Counted from the stretch's first letter, positions 1 through 8,050 are shown. The stretch is 64,000 nucleotides of DNA from an uncultured Gemmatimonadales bacterium (GCA_963728915.1 CAVSLV010000001.1:640001-704000), one strand, 5' to 3'. The notes: a model not told the origin generated them from the sequence alone. Translations and numbers: made by a program.

Positions 1-495
1 TTCGTTCTGACCATCGGCGGGGAATTCCGGGATTCCCTCCTCGCGCTGGGGCCGGCCGATCTGCACGTGGACCCGGGATTCCTCTATGTGGCCAAGGCCC
101 TTGCCTACCGACGCACCGGGGATCCGAAAGCCCGGGCCTACTTCGATTCGGCGCGGGTGATCTGGGAGCCGCGCGTCAACGCCCGCCCTCAAGAGTGGAT
201 CTTCCGCAGCGAGCTCGGCCTGTCCCTCGCCGGGCTGGGCCGTGGCGAGGAGGCGCTGAACCAGGGACGCGTCGCCGTCAGCCTCCTGCCGGTTTCCCGA
301 GATGCGCAGGGCGGCACCTATCCGGTCACCGCGATGGTGTCCATTGCGCTGCTGGCGGGTCAACCCGACACCGCACTCGCCTATTTGCGTCCCCTTCTCG
401 AGCGGCCATCCCAATTCTCGAAGAAGCTGCTCGCAGTGGATCCGTTGTTCGACCCGCTCCGGAGCCTCCCGGGATTCCAGCAGCTCGCGCGGTGA
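1..495 (+). CDS. C-terminal part of a TPR-repeat protein, probably kinase/TolB-like-TPR type (5' end outside window)
   Basis: Frame +1 is open from base 1 to TGA at 493-495. TPR-like helices (ELGLSLAGLGRGEEALNQG) and a C-terminal LAVDPLFDPLRSLPGFQQL tail typical of this class. Confidence 0.7.
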   Translation, partial: FVLTIGGEFRDSLLALGPADLHVDPGFLYVAKALAYRRTGDPKARAYFDSARVIWEPRVNARPQEWIFRSELGLSLAGLGRGEEALNQGRVAVSLLPVSRDAQGGTYPVTAMVSIALLAGQPDTALAYLRPLLERPSQFSKKLLAVDPLFDPLRSLPGFQQLAR

Positions 496-1712
496 GGCGC
501 GCGTCTGGGGACGGTGCGTTGCGTCCGCGCGCCGTTCACCAGCTTCCTCTCGGCGGCGCCGCTCCGCCGTTCGTCTGCTTTGCGCTCCCCCCGCGGCGGG
601 TCGGAAACGTGGTGCTGGCCGACTGGTGGTGCGGATTCGGTTCCGGAATCACCCTGGGGGAGGCCCGGCGGAGGGCCATCTCCGAGATCGTGGAACGCGC
701 CAGTGCGGTGTTTCAGGGACATGAACCCCACCGCCGCGCGACGTTGCAGGACCTGGGCGATGATGCGGTCGCGCCGGAGTCGTTCCTGTTGTTCAGCCCG
801 CGGCAACGCCAGCGGCCGATCCGGAGCCGGTCGCCGATGCTGCGGGTGCCTCCGGTCCTTCCGCCTGACGAGCCGGTCGACTGGAGCCCGGTCCGCTCGC
901 TCACGGAGGGACGGTGGAAGCGGGCGCCGACCGCGGCCCTCTACTTCAAGGCGCCGGTGGCCGGACGGGGCTATTGCCGGGCTGATTCGAACGGACTGGC
1001 CGCCGGGCGAACCAGAACGGAGGCCATCCTGCGGGGACTGCTCGAGCTGATCGAGCGGGACAGTGTCTCGCTCTGGTGGTACCAGCGGATTGCCCGACCG
1101 GCCCTTCCGCGACTCACCGACCCGGTGGTGCAGGATCTGCTCGAGCGCTTCCGGCGCCTGGGGCGGACCACCGCGTTGCTCGACCTGACCAGCGACCTGC
1201 GGATTCCGGTCTGCGCGGCGCTGTCGCGCCGGGCCGCCCGGGGCGATGACCTGGCGCTCGGCTTTGGCGCCGCCCTAACCCGGGCGGGCGCGGCGCGCCG
1301 GGCCCTGCTGGAGCTGGCCCAGCCCCTCGCGGTGCGCCGCGCCGGCTGGCCGGGCGGAGAGGGAACCGGAGCGTTCGAGCGGTGGAGGCGGGAGCAGCGC
1401 GATCCGGCGCCTCGCTGGCTGCGTCCGGCAGCCGGACGGCTCCCTCGAATCGCGTCGGGGCCCACCCCTTCCACCGCCGCGGCCCTTGCCCGTTGTCGTC
1501 GCGCGGTGGAAGCCGCCGGGCTCGAAGTCCTGGTGGCGGACCTAACCCGGCCTGGCGCCGGCAGGGCGGTGGTGCGGGTTCTGGTCCCCGGGCTCCGGCA
1601 TTTCTGGCCCCGCCTGGCCCCGGGCCGCCTCTATCACGCGCCGGTGCGCGCCGGCTGGGTGCGCCGCACGCAGCCCGAGTCGCGTCTCAATCCGGTTCCG
1701 CTGCTGGTCTAG
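492..1712 (+). CDS. YcaO-family cyclodehydratase (D protein), PatD/TruD-like catalytic domain only
   Basis: Motifs SEIVER, DSNGLAAG, EAILRGLLELIERD, VVRVLVPGLRHFWPRLAPGRLY and a Pro-rich C-terminus RLNPVPLLV. Start placed at GTG 492, which overlaps the upstream stop (GTGA). Confidence 0.9.
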   Translation: MRRASGDGALRPRAVHQLPLGGAAPPFVCFALPPRRVGNVVLADWWCGFGSGITLGEARRRAISEIVERASAVFQGHEPHRRATLQDLGDDAVAPESFLLFSPRQRQRPIRSRSPMLRVPPVLPPDEPVDWSPVRSLTEGRWKRAPTAALYFKAPVAGRGYCRADSNGLAAGRTRTEAILRGLLELIERDSVSLWWYQRIARPALPRLTDPVVQDLLERFRRLGRTTALLDLTSDLRIPVCAALSRRAARGDDLALGFGAALTRAGAARRALLELAQPLAVRRAGWPGGEGTGAFERWRREQRDPAPRWLRPAAGRLPRIASGPTPSTAAALARCRRAVEAAGLEVLVADLTRPGAGRAVVRVLVPGLRHFWPRLAPGRLYHAPVRAGWVRRTQPESRLNPVPLLV

Positions 1713-1771
1713 CTTGCGAAAGACTCTCAACGGCGATATAACTCCGTCCTCCCTTCACAGTCGAGGCCGCT

Positions 1772-2041
1772 GTGGCAACTTCTTCGTTCGGCAGGATGGG
1801 TCGGGTTCACGCCAAAGCGATGAAGGACGCTGGGTTTCGCCGGAGCCTGAAACGGAATCCGCGCAAGGCGCTCACCGAAGCCGGGTTCAAGATTCCGTCC
1901 GGCGTCAAGGTGAAAGTGCACGAGAACAGTGCCAGCACGGTTCACCTGGTATTGCCCCGGAAAAAAGCAGCGCCTCGACGGGGAGCCAGGCGGCCGGCGC
2001 GTCCGGCCCGGATGGGACCGCAATTCACCATCCCGCTCTAG
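1772..2041 (+). CDS. RiPP precursor peptide with a nitrile-hydratase-like leader (NHLP)
   Basis: KAMKDAGFRRSLKRNPRKALTEAGFKIPSGVKVKVHENSASTVHLVLP fits the NHLP leader pattern. GAGG at 1763-1766 precedes GTG. It lies between YcaO and the SagB-type oxidase. Confidence 0.85.
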   Translation: MATSSFGRMGRVHAKAMKDAGFRRSLKRNPRKALTEAGFKIPSGVKVKVHENSASTVHLVLPRKKAAPRRGARRPARPARMGPQFTIPL

Positions 2042-2066
2042 TCCGCTGGAGAAGCAGAGAGAGCTG

Positions 2067-2096
2067 AGGGCGGGCGGGAAACTTCTCGCCCGCCTT
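2067..2096 (+). terminator. GC-rich stem-loop between the precursor and oxidase genes (attenuator or mRNA-stability element)
   Basis: AGGGCGGGCGGGA-AACT-TCTCGCCCGCCTT: 13-bp stem with two G-U pairs and only a short U tail. Confidence 0.55.
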
Positions 2097-2102
2097 GTGC
2101 CG

Positions 2103-3170
2103 ATGGGCGCCTTCACGCCCCCCGTTTCCGGTCCGGGCCCGGGGAGACAAGTCCTTTCCCGTTTCACGCTGCTGCATCGGGTTGGCCGACGGATCGTTCT
2201 CGAGTCTCCTCGATCCCTTGCCCGGGTCGAGCTCGCCGCTGCCGCCGTTCCCCTGCTCGCTCCGTTTGCGACCCTTCCAGGCGCCGTCGTCCGGGGGCCG
2301 TTCCCGCGTCTGCTTCATGCGGCCGGTCTTCTGACCCCGGTCAGCCGATCGCGGCCACCCCTCGAAGACCGGGAGACGGCGACCCGGCTCTGGGAGGTCC
2401 CCGATCTTTTTTTCCACGCCCGCAGCCGGCTGGGCCGCCATGACCATCCCGCCGGCGCCACCTGGGAGTTCCTCGGGCGGATTCCGCCCGCGCCCGCGAT
2501 CACCCGCCGCGCCGGGCGCGGGATACCGCTGGCGCGCCGGATCGGGGGCGCCCGCGCCAGTGAGCCCCTAACCCGGGTTCTCGCCCAGCGGCGGTCCCTT
2601 CGGACCGCCCGCCGGGTGCTGACCCTCGAAGAGCTCGGTCCCTTCCTGGCCCGCTCCGCCAGCGCCTCGGCGGTCCGACCCGCCGGCCGGCGATTGCCCT
2701 ACGCCATCACTCGCCGGCCCTATCCCAGTGGAGGTGCGTGTTACCCGCTCGAGGTGTACCTCGCGGTGAAGGCTTGCCGCGGCCTCGCGCCCGGCGTCTA
2801 CCACTACGACCCGGCGGCTCATCGGCTCGAGCCCCTTCCCGACGGCGCCGGGGAAGTCGACGGCTTCTTCGCCGACCTGCGCCAGCCCCTCGGCCCCTTC
2901 CCGCCGGTGCTGCTGATCATCACGGCTCGCTTCGCCCGGGTCAGCTGGAAGTATCGATCCATGGCCTACAGCACGATCCTGAAAGACGTCGGCGCCCTGT
3001 TGCAGACCATGTATCTGGTGGCCACCGACATGGGGCTTTCCCCCTGCGCCATCGGATGTGGCGATGCCGAACGCAGTGCGCGTGCCCTGGGGACGCGGTT
3101 CGAGGAGGAATCGTCGGTGGGGGAGTTTCTGCTGGGCGGCCCGCCACCCGGTGGACGGCGTGGTCGCTAA
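2103..3170 (+). CDS. SagB/ThcOx-type FMN-dependent azoline dehydrogenase
   Basis: Motifs LFFHARSRLGR, RRS, RPYPSGGACYPLEVY, GVYHYDP, RFARVSWKYRSMAY and EESSVGEFLLG. Start is ATG 2103 or GTG 2097. Confidence 0.9.
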   Translation: MGAFTPPVSGPGPGRQVLSRFTLLHRVGRRIVLESPRSLARVELAAAAVPLLAPFATLPGAVVRGPFPRLLHAAGLLTPVSRSRPPLEDRETATRLWEVPDLFFHARSRLGRHDHPAGATWEFLGRIPPAPAITRRAGRGIPLARRIGGARASEPLTRVLAQRRSLRTARRVLTLEELGPFLARSASASAVRPAGRRLPYAITRRPYPSGGACYPLEVYLAVKACRGLAPGVYHYDPAAHRLEPLPDGAGEVDGFFADLRQPLGPFPPVLLIITARFARVSWKYRSMAYSTILKDVGALLQTMYLVATDMGLSPCAIGCGDAERSARALGTRFEEESSVGEFLLGGPPPGGRRGR

Positions 3171-5076
3171 GCCCCGGGTCGTTCTCGCCTGCCTGCCCTG
3201 GGCGGCGTCCACCCGGCCGAGCCTGGGCCTCGGCCTGCTGGTCGCCACGGCGCGCCGGAGCGGCTTCCCCTGCCATGCCGAGTATCTGAACCTCGATTTC
3301 GCGGCGACCTTCGGACCGGAAGCCTACGAGCTGATCGCTTCGCACGACGAGCTCTTTGCCCTGGGCGAGCACGTCTTCGCGGTGGACCTGTTCGGCCGGA
3401 CCGCGCTTCGCTCCGATGCCTTCCTCGATCGCTTCTACGCGAGCGAGTCCGGCGAGGACGCGGCGGACCTGGTGTCCCCCGACGACATTCTGGCGGCGCG
3501 TGACGTGCTGGTGCCCGACGCGCTCGATCGTTACGTGACCCGGATCCTGGACCGCGCCCCCGACGTCGTCGGGATGACCTGCGTGTTCAACCAGGTCTTG
3601 CCGAGCCTCGCGCTGGCGCGACGGCTCAAGCTCGCCAACCCGAGGCTCATCGTATTGCTCGGGGGATCGTGCGTGCACGGCAAGATGGGGGAGACCTACG
3701 CGAAGGCCTTTCCGGATCTGGTCGATCACGTCTTTACCGGCGAAGCCGATCAATCGTTTCCGACCCTGCTCGAAGCCGTTGCCCGAGGCGAGCCCCCGAG
3801 CGGCATCGCCGGAGTGACCTCGAACGGCGCGCTCCCCGCCCCGGCCCCGCTGATCCAGGAGCTGGACGCGCTCCCGATTCCGTGTTATGACGATTTCTTC
3901 GGCGCCCGGGCGGGGCTGGGGAACCGGCTGCCCGAGCGGTTCGATCTGGTGTTCGAGTCTTCGCGGGGCTGCTGGTGGGGGCAACGGAGCCACTGCACCT
4001 TCTGCGGCTTGAATAACGAGGGCATGGCCTACCGGATGAAGTCGCCGGATCGGGTCATCCAGGAGCTGGTGAGCCTGTCCGAGGCGCACCACTGCCTCGA
4101 CTTCGAAGCCGCCGACAACATTCTCCCCCAGGCCGCCTATCGCACCATGCTGCCCCGCCTCGCGGAATCCGGAACGGATTTCCGATTCCTCTACGAGATC
4201 AAGGCGAACATCACCCGGGACGATGCGGGGATGCTGGCGCGTGCGGGGGTACGCTGGGTCCAGCCCGGGGTGGAGAGCTTCTCCGATCACGTGCTCCGGC
4301 TGATGCGAAAGGGATCGACCGGGGCGCAGAACATTCAGCTCCTCAAATGGCTTCAGGAGGCGGGCGTCACTCCCTATTTCAATCTCCTGGTCGGATTCCC
4401 GGGGGAGAGCGACGCGGACTACGAGGAAGTCATCGAGCTCCTGCCGGCCCTGTTCCATTTGACGCCGCCGGTGCGCAATCGGAGCTGCATGGTCTCGGTG
4501 CATCGCTTCGCCCCGTTCTTCAATGAGCCGGAGCGCTGGGGAATCGAAGGGGTCCGCCCCGCCTGGTATTACCGGCACCTGATTCCGTCCCGCCGGGCGC
4601 CGGCCGCCGACTTTGCGTTCTTTTTCGATCGGACGATTCCCCGGGACGCGCCGGTCCACCGGCACAAGGAAAACCTGGACCGGGTCCTGGCCCGGTGGAC
4701 GACGTCGAAGTCCCAGGTCAAGGCCAGCCTCGGCCCCGGCTTCATCTCGATCCTGCGAACCCGGGGAAGTCGTTCGGTGTCGGCGACCACCCTTTCCGGG
4801 CTCGAGGCTCAGGTCTTTCTGCTGTGTGATCGGCAGACCAGCGTGGCCAGCATCGCCCGCGAGCTCCAGGGCGCCGGGATCGATACGACCGAGGAGGAAA
4901 TCACGGGGATCCTGGAAGCCCTGCGATCGAAACGGCTGGTGGTCCACTGCGGCGACCGCTGGGTCGGCGTCGTGCCGTTCGATCGCTTCCACACTATCGC
5001 CGAGCTCGAGGCGTGGCGGGAACGGTGGGCGGAGCTACCCGGCCTGGTGCACCTCGGCGGCGGCCCGGTGTCCTGA
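3160..5076 (+). CDS. RiPP-maturation cobalamin-dependent (class B) radical SAM protein, probable C-methyltransferase
   Basis: N-terminal PWA..RPSLGLGLL and PDVVGMTCVFNQ/IVLLGG B12-binding-like segment. SSRGCWWGQRSHCTFCGLN gives CX7CX2C. QPGVES and LMRKG also present. Start overlaps the oxidase stop. Confidence 0.88.
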   Translation: MVAKPRVVLACLPWAASTRPSLGLGLLVATARRSGFPCHAEYLNLDFAATFGPEAYELIASHDELFALGEHVFAVDLFGRTALRSDAFLDRFYASESGEDAADLVSPDDILAARDVLVPDALDRYVTRILDRAPDVVGMTCVFNQVLPSLALARRLKLANPRLIVLLGGSCVHGKMGETYAKAFPDLVDHVFTGEADQSFPTLLEAVARGEPPSGIAGVTSNGALPAPAPLIQELDALPIPCYDDFFGARAGLGNRLPERFDLVFESSRGCWWGQRSHCTFCGLNNEGMAYRMKSPDRVIQELVSLSEAHHCLDFEAADNILPQAAYRTMLPRLAESGTDFRFLYEIKANITRDDAGMLARAGVRWVQPGVESFSDHVLRLMRKGSTGAQNIQLLKWLQEAGVTPYFNLLVGFPGESDADYEEVIELLPALFHLTPPVRNRSCMVSVHRFAPFFNEPERWGIEGVRPAWYYRHLIPSRRAPAADFAFFFDRTIPRDAPVHRHKENLDRVLARWTTSKSQVKASLGPGFISILRTRGSRSVSATTLSGLEAQVFLLCDRQTSVASIARELQGAGIDTTEEEITGILEALRSKRLVVHCGDRWVGVVPFDRFHTIAELEAWRERWAELPGLVHLGGGPVS

Positions 5077-6600
5077 CTCGAACGCTCCCTGCATCCATCC
5101 CGGGAGCGCGGAGGTGTGCTCGCCCGAGAAGTGCAGCCGCCCTTCCGGCGCGCCGAGGACCGGCAGGAGCCGCCTCATTTCTCCCGGCTCGAAATAGCAG
5201 TAGTCCCCCCGGGCATAGGGATCCTGATCCCAGCTCCTGGAAGCGGTCCCGATCACCGCGGCCGCCACGCCCGGATACACCCGGTCGAGCTGGGTGATGA
5301 CCTCGCGGTGCCGTTCGGTCTCCGGCACCGCTGCCCATGCCCGCGCCCGTGGACCGGCGCTGTAGGATTCCAGGATTCCCGCGGGCCCGGGCTGCGAATT
5401 GGTCTGGTCGTTCAGGTACATCACCGGGAGATCGGTCGCGGCGCACCCCGGGAGTCCTGCGCTCTGCCAGGGACGGGAGCTGGTCTGCACGAACACCCGG
5501 GTTACCGAGGTGGCGCGAAGCTCCCCGATGGCCTTCCGTTTCTCGGGGGTGAGCGGGGCGCGAACCTCGATGGTGCGGAGCACGGGAAACGGAATGGTGA
5601 TGACGGCGCGATCGCCCTCCCAGACCTTGCCGGATGACGCGGTCACCCGGACTCCGCTGCCCGGGTCCTCGATGCGGGTTATGACCTGACCATAGCTGAT
5701 CCGATGCTGGAGCTCGGGAGTCTCGGCCAGCGCCCTGGGTAACCCGTCATTGCCGCCCTGGATCGTGTAGGTCTTGGTCTCGGCCTGGCCCGGATCCACC
5801 AGAGTGCCGTTCCCCATCCGGAACTCGCTCACGACGGGCGGGGGAAAATCCCTGGCAATGGAGCCGCCCGGCTTGAGCTGCGGGGGTATGCCCTCCAGCT
5901 GAAGGCAGATATCGCGCAGGACGTCGAGGGAAGAGACTGCCGCGATCCCGTCTCCAAAGAGACCGAAGTAGCCGAGGGAGAGCACTTCGATCGCCCCCGC
6001 CGACGCGCCCTCGCTCCGCAGGAACTCGGCGAAAGTCTGGTCGTCGTATTGCGCGAGGGCGGGGCCGGGCCAGCCGGCAGAGCGGGGATCCCCAAGCGCC
6101 TTCTGCGCCGCGGGGAGCACGTAGCTCGCCCAGAGCCCGAAATAGCCACCCTGCTGCTCGGGACCGGAGAGGCCCAGCTGGCTCGGCCAGGTGGCGTTCG
6201 CCGTGCCGGCCTGCGGCACCCGGCCTCCGCGTAAATAGACGACGAGGTCGGTCGGCTGCTCGGTGATCTGGAGCAGGGGCAAACCCAGCATGCCGATGTA
6301 CCCCATCGTCAGGGTGTGATGCCCCGGAACGAACATGGCGCCGGCTTCCGCCGTCTGATTCTGTTGGAAGGGCGAGCGCAGTGTCTCGACCCGGCCACCG
6401 GGCCGGTCCCTCGCTTCGATCACCTCGACGTGGTGCCCCGCCTTCACCAGCTGATAGGCCGCGCTCAGGCCGGCCAGCCCCGCCCCCAGGACCAGGACCC
6501 GTTTCGGCTTCTGGTGCGTCGGAAGAAGCTGGGCCTGGAAGCGTGGGAAGGGAGATCGTGGATGGACGAAAGGAGCAGGGGCGGGAGTCGGCGTGGTCAT
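5035..6600 (-). CDS. Flavin monoamine oxidase / L-amino-acid oxidase family protein
   Basis: GAGLAG Rossmann motif, EARDRPGGR, EAGAMF and C-terminal LHFSGEHTS..GWMQGAFESG. Confidence 0.88.
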   Translation of the reverse strand: MTTPTPAPAPFVHPRSPFPRFQAQLLPTHQKPKRVLVLGAGLAGLSAAYQLVKAGHHVEVIEARDRPGGRVETLRSPFQQNQTAEAGAMFVPGHHTLTMGYIGMLGLPLLQITEQPTDLVVYLRGGRVPQAGTANATWPSQLGLSGPEQQGGYFGLWASYVLPAAQKALGDPRSAGWPGPALAQYDDQTFAEFLRSEGASAGAIEVLSLGYFGLFGDGIAAVSSLDVLRDICLQLEGIPPQLKPGGSIARDFPPPVVSEFRMGNGTLVDPGQAETKTYTIQGGNDGLPRALAETPELQHRISYGQVITRIEDPGSGVRVTASSGKVWEGDRAVITIPFPVLRTIEVRAPLTPEKRKAIGELRATSVTRVFVQTSSRPWQSAGLPGCAATDLPVMYLNDQTNSQPGPAGILESYSAGPRARAWAAVPETERHREVITQLDRVYPGVAAAVIGTASRSWDQDPYARGDYCYFEPGEMRRLLPVLGAPEGRLHFSGEHTSALPGWMQGAFESGHRAAAEVHQAG

Positions 6601-6601
6601 G

Positions 6602-8050
6602 TTACTGCTCCAACAGACGCCGAAGGTTGAGCCGGCCGGCGCCGTAGTTGGGATCGAAACGCCTTCCCTTCATGCCGGGTACTCGATCCGCGGACCGCAT
6701 GAGGCGGCGCTTGACCTCGGCGGGGGGCAGCTTGCCCCGCGCGGCGATAAGGAGCGCGACCGCGGCCGTGACGTGAGGACACGCTGCAGACGTGCCAGGC
6801 CACGCGTCATAGCGGGTATTCCGGGCCAACGGCCGGACGACAGCCCGACGTTCTCCGGTGCGAGCAGTCTGGACGCCGAACTCGCCGGGCCGGGTGGGCA
6901 GGGTGGACCAGATCGCGACGCCGGGAGCGCACAGCGCGATGTGCTTCCCGCGCCGGGAGAACGGCGCCACCGCGTCGTCCGGTCCGACTGCTCCGACCGC
7001 GATGACTCCGGGAGACGCCGCGGGATAATAGGGCTGACCGAGACCCGTCTCGCCGTTCCCCATGGCGGCGACCACCGTGGTTCGCCGGTTGAGAAGCTCC
7101 TGGAGTATCGCGGCTTCATGGGGATCCGGTGGCGCCGGCCCGCCGAGACTCAGGTTCACCACGTCGAGGCGCCGGACCAGGCACTCCTCGAGCGCCCAGT
7201 GATAGAGCACGGGCTCTACCAGGAAGACTTTGGCGTGCGCGGCGGGATCGGCCATCATCCGGTCGCCGAACACTTTCATCACATTGAGCCGACAGGGCGA
7301 GATGCCTTCGACGCCAAGCGTCGGGTCGTACAGAGCGCCGATGATCCCGGCGACGTGGGTTCCATGCCCGACAATATCCTGGGCCGAGACCGCAATCGGG
7401 TGCCCCGCTTCATAGCGATGGACATAGCGGGCGATCCGGCCTCGCAAAGCGGGATGGGGCAGGTCCACCCCGGAATCGAGAATCGCCACCGCGACGTTTC
7501 TGGCCGAGCGGAACCGCTTGAGCTGCCGCGCGGCCGCGAGCTGAATCCGCGCGTGGTTCCACATGCGCTCAGGTGGGAGCAGGCCACTGGCGGAGGGTTC
7601 GGCGGCGACCAGAAACCGCATCGGTACCCGGGAGACCGAGGCGACCTGGGGATCGGCCGCCAGTTTCCGGAGCAGGGTGGCGCGATACTTCGGGTCCCGG
7701 AGGCAGAGCAGCACGTGCCCGGTGTAGGCCCGGCCCCGGTCGTGTTCGCGGGCGGCCGCGGCGATCCCGGCCAGCGCCTGCCCCGAGTTACCCGCCCGCG
7801 CTACCTGCCGACGAGCGGCGCGACCGAGCGGAAGGAGGTAGTGCAGCTCCTGCCCCAGCTCATGGCGCTGAATCGCATGGAGCCCGGGTGCGACCTTGCT
7901 CTGGTCGGCTCCCGCCCGGAGCCGCCGCGCGATCGCGGCCGCTGCGGGTTTGAGCCGAAGCACCAGCATGTCCTCATGATGGCGCGCTGGAGCCGGCACC
8001 GATCGCCTCGTTTGGGGACGGGTAATGGAAAACCAAGTTAACGTCTCCAC
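6602..8050 (-). CDS. S8 subtilisin-like serine peptidase with no obvious signal peptide
   Basis: Catalytic triad motifs ILDSG, HGTHVAG and GTSAACPHV, plus oxyanion AAMGN. The start codon is uncertain. Confidence 0.9.
   Translation of the reverse strand: METLTWFSITRPQTRRSVPAPARHHEDMLVLRLKPAAAAIARRLRAGADQSKVAPGLHAIQRHELGQELHYLLPLGRAARRQVARAGNSGQALAGIAAAAREHDRGRAYTGHVLLCLRDPKYRATLLRKLAADPQVASVSRVPMRFLVAAEPSASGLLPPERMWNHARIQLAAARQLKRFRSARNVAVAILDSGVDLPHPALRGRIARYVHRYEAGHPIAVSAQDIVGHGTHVAGIIGALYDPTLGVEGISPCRLNVMKVFGDRMMADPAAHAKVFLVEPVLYHWALEECLVRRLDVVNLSLGGPAPPDPHEAAILQELLNRRTTVVAAMGNGETGLGQPYYPAASPGVIAVGAVGPDDAVAPFSRRGKHIALCAPGVAIWSTLPTRPGEFGVQTARTGERRAVVRPLARNTRYDAWPGTSAACPHVTAAVALLIAARGKLPPAEVKRRLMRSADRVPGMKGRRFDPNYGAGRLNLRRLLEQ

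Noticed and set aside
195..491. N-terminal extension of the YcaO ORF as a possible RRE/E1 domain
   Set aside because: It overlaps the TPR gene in another frame and reads as low-complexity Arg/Pro/Gly. GTG 492 is the more plausible start.
1961..1967. AAAAAAG as a classic A_AAA_AAG -1 frameshift heptamer
   Set aside because: The precursor reads AAA AAA G, so the heptamer is out of phase for canonical tandem slippage. Kept only as an indel-prone site.
2941..4992. 683-aa minus-strand ORF, and similar long antisense ORFs (8670-11408, 17969-20260, 21570-23186, 51399-53225, 54213-56477)
   Set aside because: These are shadow ORFs opposite well-supported genes. They are expected in GC-rich DNA and have no recognisable motifs.
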